A DNA stretch of 64,000 nucleotides from Dehalococcoidia bacterium. GTDB taxonomy: Bacteria; Chloroflexota; Dehalococcoidia; SM23-28-2; RBG-16-64-32. Position 1 is the first letter of the stretch. Each line of letters begins with the position of its first letter. The position numbers and the translations under genes were made by a program. The notes beneath the pieces are model-generated. The model was not told the DNA's origin, did no database searches, and worked only from the letters and a program-made list of their open reading frames with translations. Shown piece by piece: positions 1-10,011 of this stretch. The DNA lies in the NCBI GenBank assembly GCA_963665775.2, contig CAXXTF010000002.1, positions 192,001-256,000 of the forward strand, in the 5' to 3' direction.

Positions 1-812
1 GGCCATGGCACGATCGCTTGCGGTGCTGGCGGCCGGTAGCCGAGAGCGCTATGCGGGCGCACCTCGTTGTAGTTCCGTCGCCACCGCTCGCAGAGGACCT
101 GTGCTTCCAGCACCGTGTCGAACACCTCCCCATTCAATAGTTCATCACGTAGCTTCCCATTGAACGACTCGATGTAGCCGTTCTCCCAGGGGCTCCCGGG
201 CTCGATATACAGAGTCTGCACGCCTACCCGCTCTAGCCAGGTCCGGAGCGCACGTGCCGTGAACTCTGGCCCGTTGTCCGAGCGCAGGTAGCGAGGCGTC
301 CCGCGCTCGACGAAGAGCTGGGCCAGCTCTGCCAGCACGTCATCACTGGTGATCTGCCTCGCCACCTGGATAGCCAGGCACTCCCTTGTGAACTCGTCCA
401 GCACCGTCAAGAGCCGCAGGGGACGGCCGTCGCTGGTGCTGGTAAACACGAAGTCGTAGCTCCAGACGTGGTTGGGCTCAGTCGGCCTGAGCCTAACGCA
501 GGAGCCATCGGTCAGCCATAGCCGCCTCCGCTTCGGCTGCTTCGCCGGCACCTTCAGCCCTTCCCGCCGCCAGAGTCGCTCTACCCGCTTGTGGTTCACC
601 CGAAAACCCTCCTCTCGCAGCAGGGCGGTCACCCGTCGGTAACCGTAGCGCCCGTACTCGGTCGCTAGCTCCACCATCCGCCTCAGCAGCCTCCCTTCAT
701 CGTCGGGAGGAGAACCCCACCGCCGCTGCGTCGATCGCTCCTGCCCCAGAACCTGGCAGGCCCGGCGCTCCGAGACGACCGCGTGGCCCAACGCATTCCG
801 CACCCAGGCCAC
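1..812 (-). CDS. IS3 transposase OrfB (DDE integrase core), 3' end outside window
   Basis: Collinear with ORF 62728..63591 (WSYDF, LDEFTRE, SDNGPEF, PWENGYIESFN motifs). Confidence 0.9.
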   Translation of the reverse strand, partial: MAWVRNALGHAVVSERRACQVLGQERSTQRRWGSPPDDEGRLLRRMVELATEYGRYGYRRVTALLREEGFRVNHKRVERLWRREGLKVPAKQPKRRRLWLTDGSCVRLRPTEPNHVWSYDFVFTSTSDGRPLRLLTVLDEFTRECLAIQVARQITSDDVLAELAQLFVERGTPRYLRSDNGPEFTARALRTWLERVGVQTLYIEPGSPWENGYIESFNGKLRDELLNGEVFDTVLEAQVLCERWRRNYNEVRPHSALGYRPPAPQAIVPW

Positions 813-835
813 CGCCTGCCGTCTCTTCGCCGGGC

Positions 836-1114
836 TCAGAAGTCTCCCTGCACCGCCTCCTTAAGGATGGCGTTGTCCAGGGAGAGGTTTGCTACCAGCT
901 TCTTCAGCCGCAGGTTCTCCTGCTCCAGCTCCCGCAGCCGCTTGGCCTGCTCCCTCCTCAGGCCGCCATACTCCTTCCGCCAGCGGTAGTAGGTCTGCTC
1001 TGCCACGCCCAGCTTCCTGCAGACCTCTGGCACGGCCAGGCCCTTAGCCAGCCCAACCTCCGCCTCCCTCAACTTGTTGATGATCTCCTCTGCCGTGTGA
1101 CGCTGCCTGCCCAA
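836..1114 (-). CDS. IS3 transposase OrfA (HTH)
   Basis: VCRKLGVAEQTYYRWRKEYGG HTH followed by LRELEQEN..LKKLVA coiled coil, typical of IS3 OrfA. Confidence 0.92.
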   Translation of the reverse strand: MGRQRHTAEEIINKLREAEVGLAKGLAVPEVCRKLGVAEQTYYRWRKEYGGLRREQAKRLRELEQENLRLKKLVANLSLDNAILKEAVQGDF

Positions 1115-1192
1115 GCCTTCTGCCCCCTTTCTCTGGTCCAGAACCCCTGATTACTAACATTGGGCCTGGACTCGTTTTCGGGGGCAAGGTCA

Positions 1193-1429
1193 GAGGAGGA
1201 TGGCGCCGAGGTACTGCGTAAAGTCCAGGAGGCTCGGCAGCGACCAGGGGAGCACGGCGACATGCAGCCCCTCAATGTCGCGCTCGCTTCGCCAAATCAC
1301 GAAGTACCCGAAGAAGGTCTGAAAAGCCAGTGCGGCCACCACGGGCAGCAGCAGGAGATAGGGAATCCAGCGTTTACGTACCTTTAGTAGTTCGGCGGCC
1401 AGTACGTTAGCCGTCGGTATTGGTGTCAC
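1193..1429 (-). pseudogene. ABC-2 type permease N-terminus, interrupted by IS3 copy 1
   Basis: VLAAELLKVRKRW + hydrophobic helix, overlaps the ATPase gene end; frame stops at the TGA of the IS terminus. Confidence 0.8.
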
Positions 1430-2387
1430 CGGTGACTTCCAGGAAGAACTGCTCCAGGCTACCCTCGCGGGGACGTAGCTCGGACAGGTATATCTGATGC
1501 TCGGCCAGGACCCGGCTTAGCTCCGCCGCCCGTTCCCGCGGCGCCTCGACCACCAGACGGTCGTCCTGCCGCTTGACGCCGCCGCCCACCCAGTCCAGGT
1601 CATTCAGCACCTGCACCGCCTTGTCTGGGTCGGTCACCTGCATCTCCAACGCCTCGCCCTGGCGCCGCAGCGTCGTAATTGACTCCTGGGTGAGGAGGTG
1701 GCCCCCTTTGACGATGCCTACGTGGTCGCACATCTGCTCCACCTCACCCAGCAGGTGGCTGGACACGAAGACCGTCTTCCCGATCTGAGTCAGCTCTCTG
1801 ATTAGTTGCCGGAATTCGCGCATCCCCGCCGGGTCTAGCCCGTTGGTGGGCTCGTCCAGGACTACGAGCTCTGGATCGTGGACGAGAGAGGCGGCCAGAC
1901 CCAGCCGCTGTTTCATCCCCTGCGAGTAGGTGCGCATCTTGTCGCGACTGCGGCTCAGTAGCCCCACCAGCTCCAGGACCTCGTCGATCCGCTTGGCTGT
2001 TGCGCCGCCCGACAGTGCCGACCAAACGCGCAGATTGTCGCGGCCCGACAGGTGAGGGTAGTACGATTGCCCTTCCAGGAGGGCACCCGTGCGACGCAGC
2101 GCTTCGGACAAATGCGTCCGCGTATCCAGGCCGAACATCTCCACGTGGCCGCGTGTGGGTGCGATCAGGCCCAGGATGAGCGCGATGGTGGTCGTCTTGC
2201 CGGCGCCGTTAGGGCCCAGGAAGCCGTAGACCTGACCGCGGCGGACCTCCAGGTTCAAGTCGTCCAAAGCCAGCAGCCGTCCGTACCGCTTGGTCAGGCC
2301 CACCGTCCGGAGGACGACATCGAGGTCACCACCTGGCCTACCAGCGGCAGGCAGCGCAGCCTCAGGGCTTTGGGTCCGCCGCGTCAC
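1407..2387 (-). CDS. ABC exporter ATP-binding protein (BcrA-like)
   Basis: Walker A GPNGAGKTT, signature YSQGMKQ, Walker B VVLDEP, H-loop SSH; start re-called to GTG 2387 (uncertain). Confidence 0.9.
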   Translation of the reverse strand: MTRRTQSPEAALPAAGRPGGDLDVVLRTVGLTKRYGRLLALDDLNLEVRRGQVYGFLGPNGAGKTTTIALILGLIAPTRGHVEMFGLDTRTHLSEALRRTGALLEGQSYYPHLSGRDNLRVWSALSGGATAKRIDEVLELVGLLSRSRDKMRTYSQGMKQRLGLAASLVHDPELVVLDEPTNGLDPAGMREFRQLIRELTQIGKTVFVSSHLLGEVEQMCDHVGIVKGGHLLTQESITTLRRQGEALEMQVTDPDKAVQVLNDLDWVGGGVKRQDDRLVVEAPRERAAELSRVLAEHQIYLSELRPREGSLEQFFLEVTGDTNTDG

Positions 2388-2681
2388 GACCCCAACGGAG
2401 ACCGGATTACAGCGCAAGTGACGATAGTCCCGGCCCCAGCGTTTGGCGGTGGCCCCTTTGAGCTCAACGCCGTGGGGTTCGTCGGCGGTTCGATCCACTT
2501 TTTTAAGAGTTGGCAGGGCAGAGAGTTGGCGCCCGTGGTACACACCGCTACCTTCGAGGTCACCGACAGCGGGAACAATGCGGTGACTGCCCAAGGCACG
2601 ATACCCGTCGGCAAGACCGATACCGATAGCTTCATCCTTCTGTCCTTTCCGGATCGCGGCCCTCTCCGCTTGAGCCACTAA
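2388..2681 (+). pseudogene. Possible C-terminal remnant of an Ig-like/beta-sandwich surface protein
   Basis: Frame reads DPNGDRITAQVTIVP...TATFEVTDSGNNAVTAQGTIPV; no own start codon. Confidence 0.4.
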
Positions 2682-2820
2682 TTACCCTACGGCGATTATA
2701 CGTCGGATTCCCGCCTCGGGAATCGGTCAACTCTCCCCGTGGGGGCTCGAAATACATCCGTATCTGCGAGGGTCCCATCGCTACAGGCCCTCTCCCGGAA
2801 TATCTGCCCCACGACAAGCA

Positions 2821-2842
2821 GACACTAAGTCTGCATCGTGTG
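2821..2842 (-). repeat. Palindromic putative recombination site (spacer GCAGAC on - strand)
   Basis: GACACTAA GTCTGC ATCGTGTG. Confidence 0.65.
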
Positions 2843-2930
2843 CGCCTGAGCCGTCACTCTTAGAGGGTCATGCCACGTTGACGCTCGAGAACATCTCGCC
2901 GGTCATGACGAGCGTGCGGTCGCCCCCGGC

Positions 2931-4415
2931 CTAGCGCCCCAGATCTGCGGACGGCGCTGGCCGGGGCGTGGGTGTGGCCGCCGGGGTGGGCTCCGGCGCT
3001 GGCGACGGCGATGGCGGCGGCGGCGGCGTGGCCGCTGGCAACGGCGTCTCGCTTGGTAGCGGGGCCGACGATGGCGTCGGCGAGGGCGCCGGCGGGGTCG
3101 ATCGGCTCTGCTCCGGAGTAAGTGTCGGGGATGGCGCGGGCAGCGGCGCCGGTGGACGGGGCGCAGGTGGTGGTGGTGGTGGCGGTGGGGTCGAGGGCTC
3201 CGTTTCCAGCCGGTAGGTGGCGTCGAACCAATCCCAGACGATGCCCGAGAGCCAGCTCCCGAAGGCGTATCCGGTCGCCTCCGTTCGCGCCCGCTGTGAA
3301 AGGTAGGTGATGGCGTATGATTTCTCCTCACCGTCGGCGCCTGTGAAGGTTACGAGTCCGGCATCGTTGTTCACCCAGCCATCCGTATCCCAGTAGTAGC
3401 CGATTTTGTGGGCCACCGTGGCGGCCGAGGGCAGCCGACCAGGCAGCATATAGTTGAGCCCCGGCTTGATCTCCCGTAGACGTGAGAGCGTGTAAGCCGT
3501 CCACTCCGGCTCGAACATCTCGCCGCGGTAGAGCCTCGTAAGGACGGCGTTTGTCTCCAGGGCGGTGAGCAGGTTGTTCTGGCTGCCGTCCCCATAGTAG
3601 GGGAGGTGATCGAATATGGACGCCTCCATCCCCCAGGAGCGCATCATCTCGCCGGCCTGCGCAACGCCCGTCCAGTGCGAGCCGAACACCGTATCGAGCA
3701 GCTGCTTCACCTGCGGTGGATAGCTGTGGCCGATGCCGACGGCGATATTGTAGGCGACGGGCGAAGGGCTGGCCCGACCCGCCTGGAACTCATCCACGGC
3801 CGCGAACAGGGCGAACATGTTGATCGTGCAGCCGGTGCGCTGGGCGACGTTCCCGCTAATCGAGATGGTCTGGTCGGTTTGCAGGTCCGTCACCGCTATC
3901 GCCACCTCAATGTCGCCAGCGAGCGCTCGGTAGGCCTCGATCTGTCCGGCCAGAGTGTCCCTCAGGGCCAGGAACTCGGTGGAGGGGTCCACGTTCTCTG
4001 CGATGTCTCCCAGGGTTGGCGCCGCCTGCGGTCCGATCGGCTGGTCGCCGCCAGCGGTCACCAGGGTCGGTGCGTTCGCCGGACCGGGCGCTAGCGGGAT
4101 GGGGGACCGGGTCGGGATGGGGGTGAGCGTCGGCGAGAGCGCCGCTGCCGGCTCGCCCGCTGGGCTGGCGACGGCGGAGACCAGGGCCAGCGTCCCCGCC
4201 GTGGCTGTCAGGGCGGCCACCAGCGTGCCCAGGCCCAGGGCCAGCCTGCGCACTCTTGTCCGGCGCTTTCCCGGGCCTGCTCGCGCTGGCTCTGGCCTCG
4301 CCATCCCGGCTTCCCGCCGCTCCAGCCTGGGCCTAGCACGGTCCAGCAAGAGCCAAAGAAACAGCGCCGCCAGCAGCGCTAGGAACAGGAACCCGCTGTC
4401 CTTGCCCAGTTTCAA
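2931..4415 (-). CDS. Membrane-anchored class A beta-lactamase-like (serine hydrolase fold) protein with Pro-rich tail
   Basis: IAVTDLQT, VAHKIG, VNNDAGLV and YAITYL blocks fit the Beta-lactamase2 fold; two N-terminal hydrophobic segments; P/S/T-rich C-terminus. Confidence 0.75.
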   Translation of the reverse strand: MKLGKDSGFLFLALLAALFLWLLLDRARPRLERREAGMARPEPARAGPGKRRTRVRRLALGLGTLVAALTATAGTLALVSAVASPAGEPAAALSPTLTPIPTRSPIPLAPGPANAPTLVTAGGDQPIGPQAAPTLGDIAENVDPSTEFLALRDTLAGQIEAYRALAGDIEVAIAVTDLQTDQTISISGNVAQRTGCTINMFALFAAVDEFQAGRASPSPVAYNIAVGIGHSYPPQVKQLLDTVFGSHWTGVAQAGEMMRSWGMEASIFDHLPYYGDGSQNNLLTALETNAVLTRLYRGEMFEPEWTAYTLSRLREIKPGLNYMLPGRLPSAATVAHKIGYYWDTDGWVNNDAGLVTFTGADGEEKSYAITYLSQRARTEATGYAFGSWLSGIVWDWFDATYRLETEPSTPPPPPPPPAPRPPAPLPAPSPTLTPEQSRSTPPAPSPTPSSAPLPSETPLPAATPPPPPSPSPAPEPTPAATPTPRPAPSADLGR

Positions 4416-5130
4416 TTGTTGCGATCCCTCTGACTACGCTCCACTTCTTCGTAGAGCATGGCAGCCAGGATCATCCGGTCGACGAGGAACGACTGGCGTG
4501 TGGCCTCAGTCATGAAGGCCTCCGGATGATGACAGCACCTATCATGCTATGTAGAACGCGGGCACGCGATGTCAGTTTCAGGTGCGTCCCGCTGGGCTGG
4601 TTGCTTGCTGTCCCAGTGGTTCTGTCAGATCTCAGGGCTCAAGCGCCGCCAGGACCGTGTTCCTGGCCTCACGACGCCCGCCCTCAGATTCGGAGGGGGT
4701 CGGTTTCTCGCCCTCCAGCATGCCCCGATATGGCTCAAGCCCTGAGTTCTGACAGATCCCGAAGAGTAAATGACTGCTTAGGCCTGCCACCTAGCCGGAG
4801 TCAAGGCGCCAAAGGTTCGCGCTGGTGGCTGCCAATGCCGCACAGTTGCCGAGAACGTGGGAGAAACGGGGAGCGAATCGGCCGGACCTGCCCGAATCTG
4901 GCTCGAGGGAGCGCCTGGCACACACTAGAACGAGCGAGGTGCTGTGCACAGGCGCTCTGACTATTGCCGCCCTACAGGATAACCGACGGACCTTTTCAGA
5001 CACATAATATGGCCAAGAAAATCATTCAAAAGCGTATAATTGGGTCCAGACAGATGAATTTCGGCAACCTTCTCGGTCATCTCGGGCGGAAGCAAGGCGT
5101 CCGTGACCGACAGTTTGTAGCTATAGCCGA

Positions 5131-6579
5131 GTGACAGGTGAGAAGCGGCCGTTGACACAGACCGACGAAGCAGGCTCCGAGCGCCGGTCGATAATTTGCC
5201 GCGTCTGCGGCACGGTTAACGGATACGGCAAGACCTTCTGTCAGGACTGTCGGAGCCGATTAGAGGCCGGGCGTGTGGTTAGCGAGGGCGAGGCGTTGCG
5301 CCATGATGCAGCTCAGGAGCGCCGCGCCCGCCGGGGACGCTGGCGTCACCGCGTTCTTGTGTGGCTGCTGACCGGCTCAGTAGCTGGCCTTCTGGCAATT
5401 TTCCTTGCCCCAGCGCCGTCTTCGCCCCTGCCGTCCGGATCCACAATGACCAGCTCTAGTTCTAACCCTGGCGAATGGGCAATGTATGGCTATGACCTGG
5501 CACACACGCGATCTATGCCGGAGCAGCAGCCTCACTCAGGTCGTCTAAAGTGGTCCGTCAACCTGGAAGCATCGCTCGTCGCGGCCCCCGCCGTGGTCGG
5601 TGGCTTGGTTTATGTCGCCACCAGCGACAGTCGAGCCGTAGCCTTGGATGTAACCAGCGGGGCAGTGCTCTGGGAGACGCCGCTGGGGGCACCGGCCAAC
5701 GGCACGCCGGCGGTGGACAGCGAGAGGCTCTACGTTGCCCTGGCTAATGAGCGTTTGACGGCCCTGGACAGGGAGACGGGAGAAATCCTGTGGTCGTTTC
5801 GGGCGCCCGGCCCTCTTGAATGGTCACCGGTAGTGGTGAATGGGGCGGTCTATGTGCTGAGCGCCGTCGCCGGCCGGCTGACCGGCGTGGATGCTGTGAC
5901 AGGAGAGAAGTTGTGGGAAGGGGACGTTAAGAAGAGCTGGCCGGGTTCCGCGGTGACCTGGACTGGCGACAGGATGCTGGTGGCGACTGGCGACCAGATT
6001 TTCTACTTTGATGTCGGTTCTGGCGAGAATTTCTTCACCTACCATCTTGCGCTGGGGAACGTGGTGGGCGCGCCGGCAGTGCTGGAGCGCACGGTATATG
6101 TCGCCGTTGACATCGGCACCATTCTGGCGCTGGCTATCGACGCGAAGGTGCCCTTCTGGGAGCGCCCGACTCGAGGCATATGGGGGAATCTTTACGTCTT
6201 GGGTCTGGCACCGCGACCACCAGTGTCCAGCGGTCTCATGTGGTTCTACTTCGTAGGCGAGTCCCTGCTGGCACCGCCAGCTGTAACCGAACGGGCTCTC
6301 TACTTTGGCACTCGTAACGGCAAAGTGGTGGCTTTGGACCTAGAGTCTAGAGAGCCGAGATGGACATACCAAGGTGCAGGAGCCGTCCTGGGTGCTCCGG
6401 CCGTCGCTGGCGACACGCTCTACGTAGGAGCAGGCGATCACCTCTACGCACTTAGCTCTGACACGGGCGACGTGAGGTGGAGCTTCCAGACTGCAAATAG
6501 GATCGGTAGTGATGTCGTGATCACAGCGGAAGCGATTTACGTGGTCGATGAAGGGGCGACCCTCTACGCAATCGAGTAG
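5131..6579 (+). CDS. PQQ-binding-like beta-propeller repeat protein with N-terminal zinc ribbon and TM helix
   Basis: CRVC..CQDC, TM helix, repeated PAV..G.VY...ALD..TG..LW blades. Confidence 0.88.
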   Translation: MTGEKRPLTQTDEAGSERRSIICRVCGTVNGYGKTFCQDCRSRLEAGRVVSEGEALRHDAAQERRARRGRWRHRVLVWLLTGSVAGLLAIFLAPAPSSPLPSGSTMTSSSSNPGEWAMYGYDLAHTRSMPEQQPHSGRLKWSVNLEASLVAAPAVVGGLVYVATSDSRAVALDVTSGAVLWETPLGAPANGTPAVDSERLYVALANERLTALDRETGEILWSFRAPGPLEWSPVVVNGAVYVLSAVAGRLTGVDAVTGEKLWEGDVKKSWPGSAVTWTGDRMLVATGDQIFYFDVGSGENFFTYHLALGNVVGAPAVLERTVYVAVDIGTILALAIDAKVPFWERPTRGIWGNLYVLGLAPRPPVSSGLMWFYFVGESLLAPPAVTERALYFGTRNGKVVALDLESREPRWTYQGAGAVLGAPAVAGDTLYVGAGDHLYALSSDTGDVRWSFQTANRIGSDVVITAEAIYVVDEGATLYAIE

Positions 6580-7273
6580 GCGCTATTCGCCAGTGAGCCA
6601 GGTGGAAGCGGCCAACGTACCATCTGGGCGTATTCCCTTATGTTCGCCGTCAGCAACTTCCGGAATCTGTGTAAGCAGAGCGCGTCGCGGCGGTTTGCAG
6701 GCTAGCGAGGCGCCTGCGGCTAGCTTTGACGGAAGCCCAAGAGACCGCAGATCGTATTCGGAAGCTAGATGCTGATCACTTTGCTCCACCTGCCACACTG
6801 TGCCGGGTTAACCTACTCACGGCTGGAGCTTCGGTCGGCCGGCATCCTCGGGCCGCGGCATCGCTTGGCGACGGACGCATAGATCGCTGCCTACGCAGGT
6901 GTGGCTCCCCACGACGCATCATCGGTTGGCCCGTTCGTCATCGCCTGAATCGAGTCGCAGGCTCAATGCTTTCCTGTACTGCATCGACCTCACCCAGGCA
7001 CACCACTTACCTGAGACGCGAGCAGATCTCGAGCGACGCTTAGGGGGAAGGGAAGACTCCCCGCGAGTCGGTCCGCGCTCTCAGGCGCTTCACCATTCGG
7101 GCCATCTGGCGGCTCTGGCAAGATGTTCCTCGTCTCCTTACAAGCTCCATTCAGCCCGGGCCGATTGAGCACTGATATAGGAGCGTCATTCAGTTTCTTA
7201 TTGTGATTACACGTGGTATTCTTGCGCCGCACGTTGTGGCTGGGCTCTGTGTAACATCCCTGGGAGGTGCCAA

Positions 7274-8443
7274 TTGGATTTTAGCTTCACGCCAGAGCAA
7301 GAGAAGTTCCGCAAGGAGATTGGGCGCTTTGTCCAAGAGAACACGACGCCAGAGTTCCGCGCGGAGAGGCGAGTTCCCATGACGGCTCCTGGCCCTGAGA
7401 CGCTAGCGATGCGTCGGAAGCTTGGCGAGCGCGGGTATCTGGGCATCGGTTGGCCCGAGGAATACGGTGGACAGGGACGTCCAATAGACGATCAGTTCGT
7501 ATTCTACGACGAGATGGAGAAGAACGACATCGATTTTGGTGGCATGACTGTCACCTCCTTGGGAATGGCTCTAGTCCGCGTCGGCTCGGAGGAGCAGAAG
7601 AAGGAATTTCTTCCTAAGATCCTTCGGGGAGAGGTCGAATTCTGCATAGGCTACACGGAGCCGGATGCGGGAACCGATCTGGCTAGTCTCCAGACCGGGG
7701 CCGTGCGAGATGGCGACGAGTACATCATCAATGGGCAGAAGGTCTTTACGACTTTTGCGCATCACGCGACGCACATATGGCTGCTAGCGCGGACGGATTC
7801 TGCGGCGCCCAAACACAGGGGATGTTCACTATTCCTGTTCCCTATGAGCACACCAGGGATAACTGTCCGGCCGCTCTTTACTATGGGTGGCGGCAGGACC
7901 AATGAGGTCTTTCTCGATAACGTTCGTATTCCTGCCGAGTGTCTCATCGGTGAGGAGAACCGCGGATTCTATCATGTCGCCGTGGCGCTTGACTTCGAAC
8001 GCATAACCATCGGTCATTATTCTGCCTTGCGGCGAGATTTGGATCAGCTCATCATTTTCTGTAAGGAGTTTAGCGTCGACGGAAGTTGCCTATTCGATGA
8101 TCCGGCTGTGCAGGATCGGTTGGTCCAATTCCACATCGAAGTCGAGTTGCTCCGACTCATGAACCATAAGGTGGTGTGGATGATCGATCAGGGGCTAGTG
8201 CCGAACGTGGAAGCCTCAGCCCAGAAAATTTGGGGCTCGGAATTGCGGCAGCGCATGGCCAATGAGGCATTGCAGCTGATGGGCTTGTTTGGGCAGCTTG
8301 ACAGGAATTCGCCCTACGCTCCGATAAATGGCAAATATGTGACCAGTTGGCTGCAAAGTCCACTGGGGCGGTTTGGTGGGGGAGTGAATGAGATACAACG
8401 CGACATCATCGCTCGAAGAGGCTTGGGGCTGCCTCGTAGCTAG
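7274..8443 (+). CDS. Acyl-CoA dehydrogenase (FadE26/29-like catalytic subunit)
   Basis: IGYTEPDAGTDLASL, NGQKVFT, GGGVNEIQR motifs. Confidence 0.93.
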   Translation: MDFSFTPEQEKFRKEIGRFVQENTTPEFRAERRVPMTAPGPETLAMRRKLGERGYLGIGWPEEYGGQGRPIDDQFVFYDEMEKNDIDFGGMTVTSLGMALVRVGSEEQKKEFLPKILRGEVEFCIGYTEPDAGTDLASLQTGAVRDGDEYIINGQKVFTTFAHHATHIWLLARTDSAAPKHRGCSLFLFPMSTPGITVRPLFTMGGGRTNEVFLDNVRIPAECLIGEENRGFYHVAVALDFERITIGHYSALRRDLDQLIIFCKEFSVDGSCLFDDPAVQDRLVQFHIEVELLRLMNHKVVWMIDQGLVPNVEASAQKIWGSELRQRMANEALQLMGLFGQLDRNSPYAPINGKYVTSWLQSPLGRFGGGVNEIQRDIIARRGLGLPRS

Positions 8444-8481
8444 GCCAAACGTCCAACGGATAGCTTTGGGAGGCACGCTAC

Positions 8482-9609
8482 ATGAATCTGCAACTCGATG
8501 AAGAGCAGCAACTTCTTAAGAACTCAGCAAGGGATTTCCTTGAAATGGAGTGTCCGACATCGCTTGTTCGTCTGATGGAGACGGATGAGGTCGGTTTTCC
8601 GGCCGACCTCTGGCGGAAAATGTCGGACCTCGGATGGCCGGGTTTCCCGTTCGACGAGGCATATGGAGGTGTTGGCGGAAACCTCATTACTTTGGCCGTG
8701 CTTCTGGAGGAACTGGGCCGAGTTTGTGACCCGACCCCCTACTTCTCCTCAGTTGTCGTCGGCGGACTCACCATTGGCGACGCCGGCAGCGAGGCTCAGA
8801 AAGAGGCGATCCTCCCCAGGCTCTTCAATGGCACTCTACTTATCACCCTGGCACTCGTTGAGGGTCCTGAAGAGTACAGCCCCAAGGGCATTACGGCCAA
8901 TGCGACGAGGTCGGGGGACGGATTTGTCATCAACGGAAAGAAGCTCTTCGTTGAGAATGCCCACATCGCCGATTACGTCCTTACGGCCGTGCGAACAAGC
9001 GATGACCGAGACCAGTCCAAAGGGATAACTCTTTTTTTGGTCGACAAAGACGCTCCTGGACTCTCCCTCAAAAGGCTCTCGACTATCGCCGGCGATAGGC
9101 AGTATGAGGTGCTCTTCGATGGCGTGGAGGTACCTCCCGACCGAGTGGTGGGAGAGCCGGACAACGCATGGCCGCTTCTCTCCAACGTGATCAACAGATC
9201 TGCCGCCCTTCAGTGTGCAGCCCAGGTGGGAAACGCGAAGAAGGTCCTGGACTTGACGATCGATTACGTGAACATGCGTATACAGTTCGGAAGACAGATC
9301 GGCAGCTTTCAGGCTGTTCAGCATAATTGCGCCAACATGTGGATGGATGTGGAAGCGGCCTGGCTAGCCACTTATGAAGCGATCTGGCGATTGAGCGAAG
9401 GCCTGCCTGCAGATGAACAAATCTCCATAGCCAAGGCTTGGACAGGAGACGCCAACACTCGTGTCTGCCTAACCGCTCACCAACTTCACGGAGGTGTCGG
9501 GTTCATGCAGGAGTATGATCTGCAGCTGTGGACACGTAGAGCCAAGGCTATGGAGCTCAAGTGGGGCACGCCTCGTTTTCACAGGAAGAAACTTGCCGGC
9601 ATGCTATAG
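8482..9609 (+). CDS. Acyl-CoA dehydrogenase (FadE27/28-like partner subunit)
   Basis: R.QFGRQIGSFQAVQH, QLHGGVGF; tandem ACAD pair typical of alpha2beta2 enzymes. Confidence 0.92.
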   Translation: MNLQLDEEQQLLKNSARDFLEMECPTSLVRLMETDEVGFPADLWRKMSDLGWPGFPFDEAYGGVGGNLITLAVLLEELGRVCDPTPYFSSVVVGGLTIGDAGSEAQKEAILPRLFNGTLLITLALVEGPEEYSPKGITANATRSGDGFVINGKKLFVENAHIADYVLTAVRTSDDRDQSKGITLFLVDKDAPGLSLKRLSTIAGDRQYEVLFDGVEVPPDRVVGEPDNAWPLLSNVINRSAALQCAAQVGNAKKVLDLTIDYVNMRIQFGRQIGSFQAVQHNCANMWMDVEAAWLATYEAIWRLSEGLPADEQISIAKAWTGDANTRVCLTAHQLHGGVGFMQEYDLQLWTRRAKAMELKWGTPRFHRKKLAGML

Positions 9610-9666
9610 CCGCAGGGCCCCGCTTGTCGTCTCCTGGATTTCTTTGAAACGAGTAAGGAGAGGACC

Positions 9667-9894
9667 ATGTCAAGAGTCAAAGATACCGTTTGTGGTAGAG
9701 ATCTCGATACGGATCTTATCGACACCCCAGTCGGGCAGACTCGGTTTGGTGCGGCGGAAGTTGACCCAGCGATGGGCACCAAGCGCTTCCATGAAGGTGC
9801 TTGGTACTACTTCTGCAGCCTAGCCTGCCGCGGCAAGTTCGGCTCCAACCCTTCCTTGTACCTACAGGGTGACCAGATCGGACGGGATGGGTAA
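9667..9894 (+). CDS. YHS-domain small protein
   Basis: KDTVCG...YYFCSLACRGKF; RBS AAGGAG. Confidence 0.8.
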   Translation: MSRVKDTVCGRDLDTDLIDTPVGQTRFGAAEVDPAMGTKRFHEGAWYYFCSLACRGKFGSNPSLYLQGDQIGRDG

Positions 9895-10011
9895 TTCACG
9901 CTTCGTATGCAGCCGCTCCAGGTTGGCAGTGGGGGGAAGAGCGGCAGTCGTCAGGGTTTGACGGAGCGTGGCGGGTCAACCAGATGCTTTGAGAAATAAG
10001 GAGAGCGGGGC

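Larger units (their letters stand above)
1..1192 (-). mobile_element. IS3-family insertion sequence, copy 1 (runs off window start)
   Basis: Near-identical to 62780..63971; ends in ...GGGGGCAAGGTCA at 1192 (TG..CA terminus); orfA/orfB layout. Confidence 0.95.

Noticed and set aside
2388-2678. 97-aa N-terminal extension of the ABC ATPase in the ORF track
   Set aside because: Not ATPase-like; the opposite strand reads more like protein.
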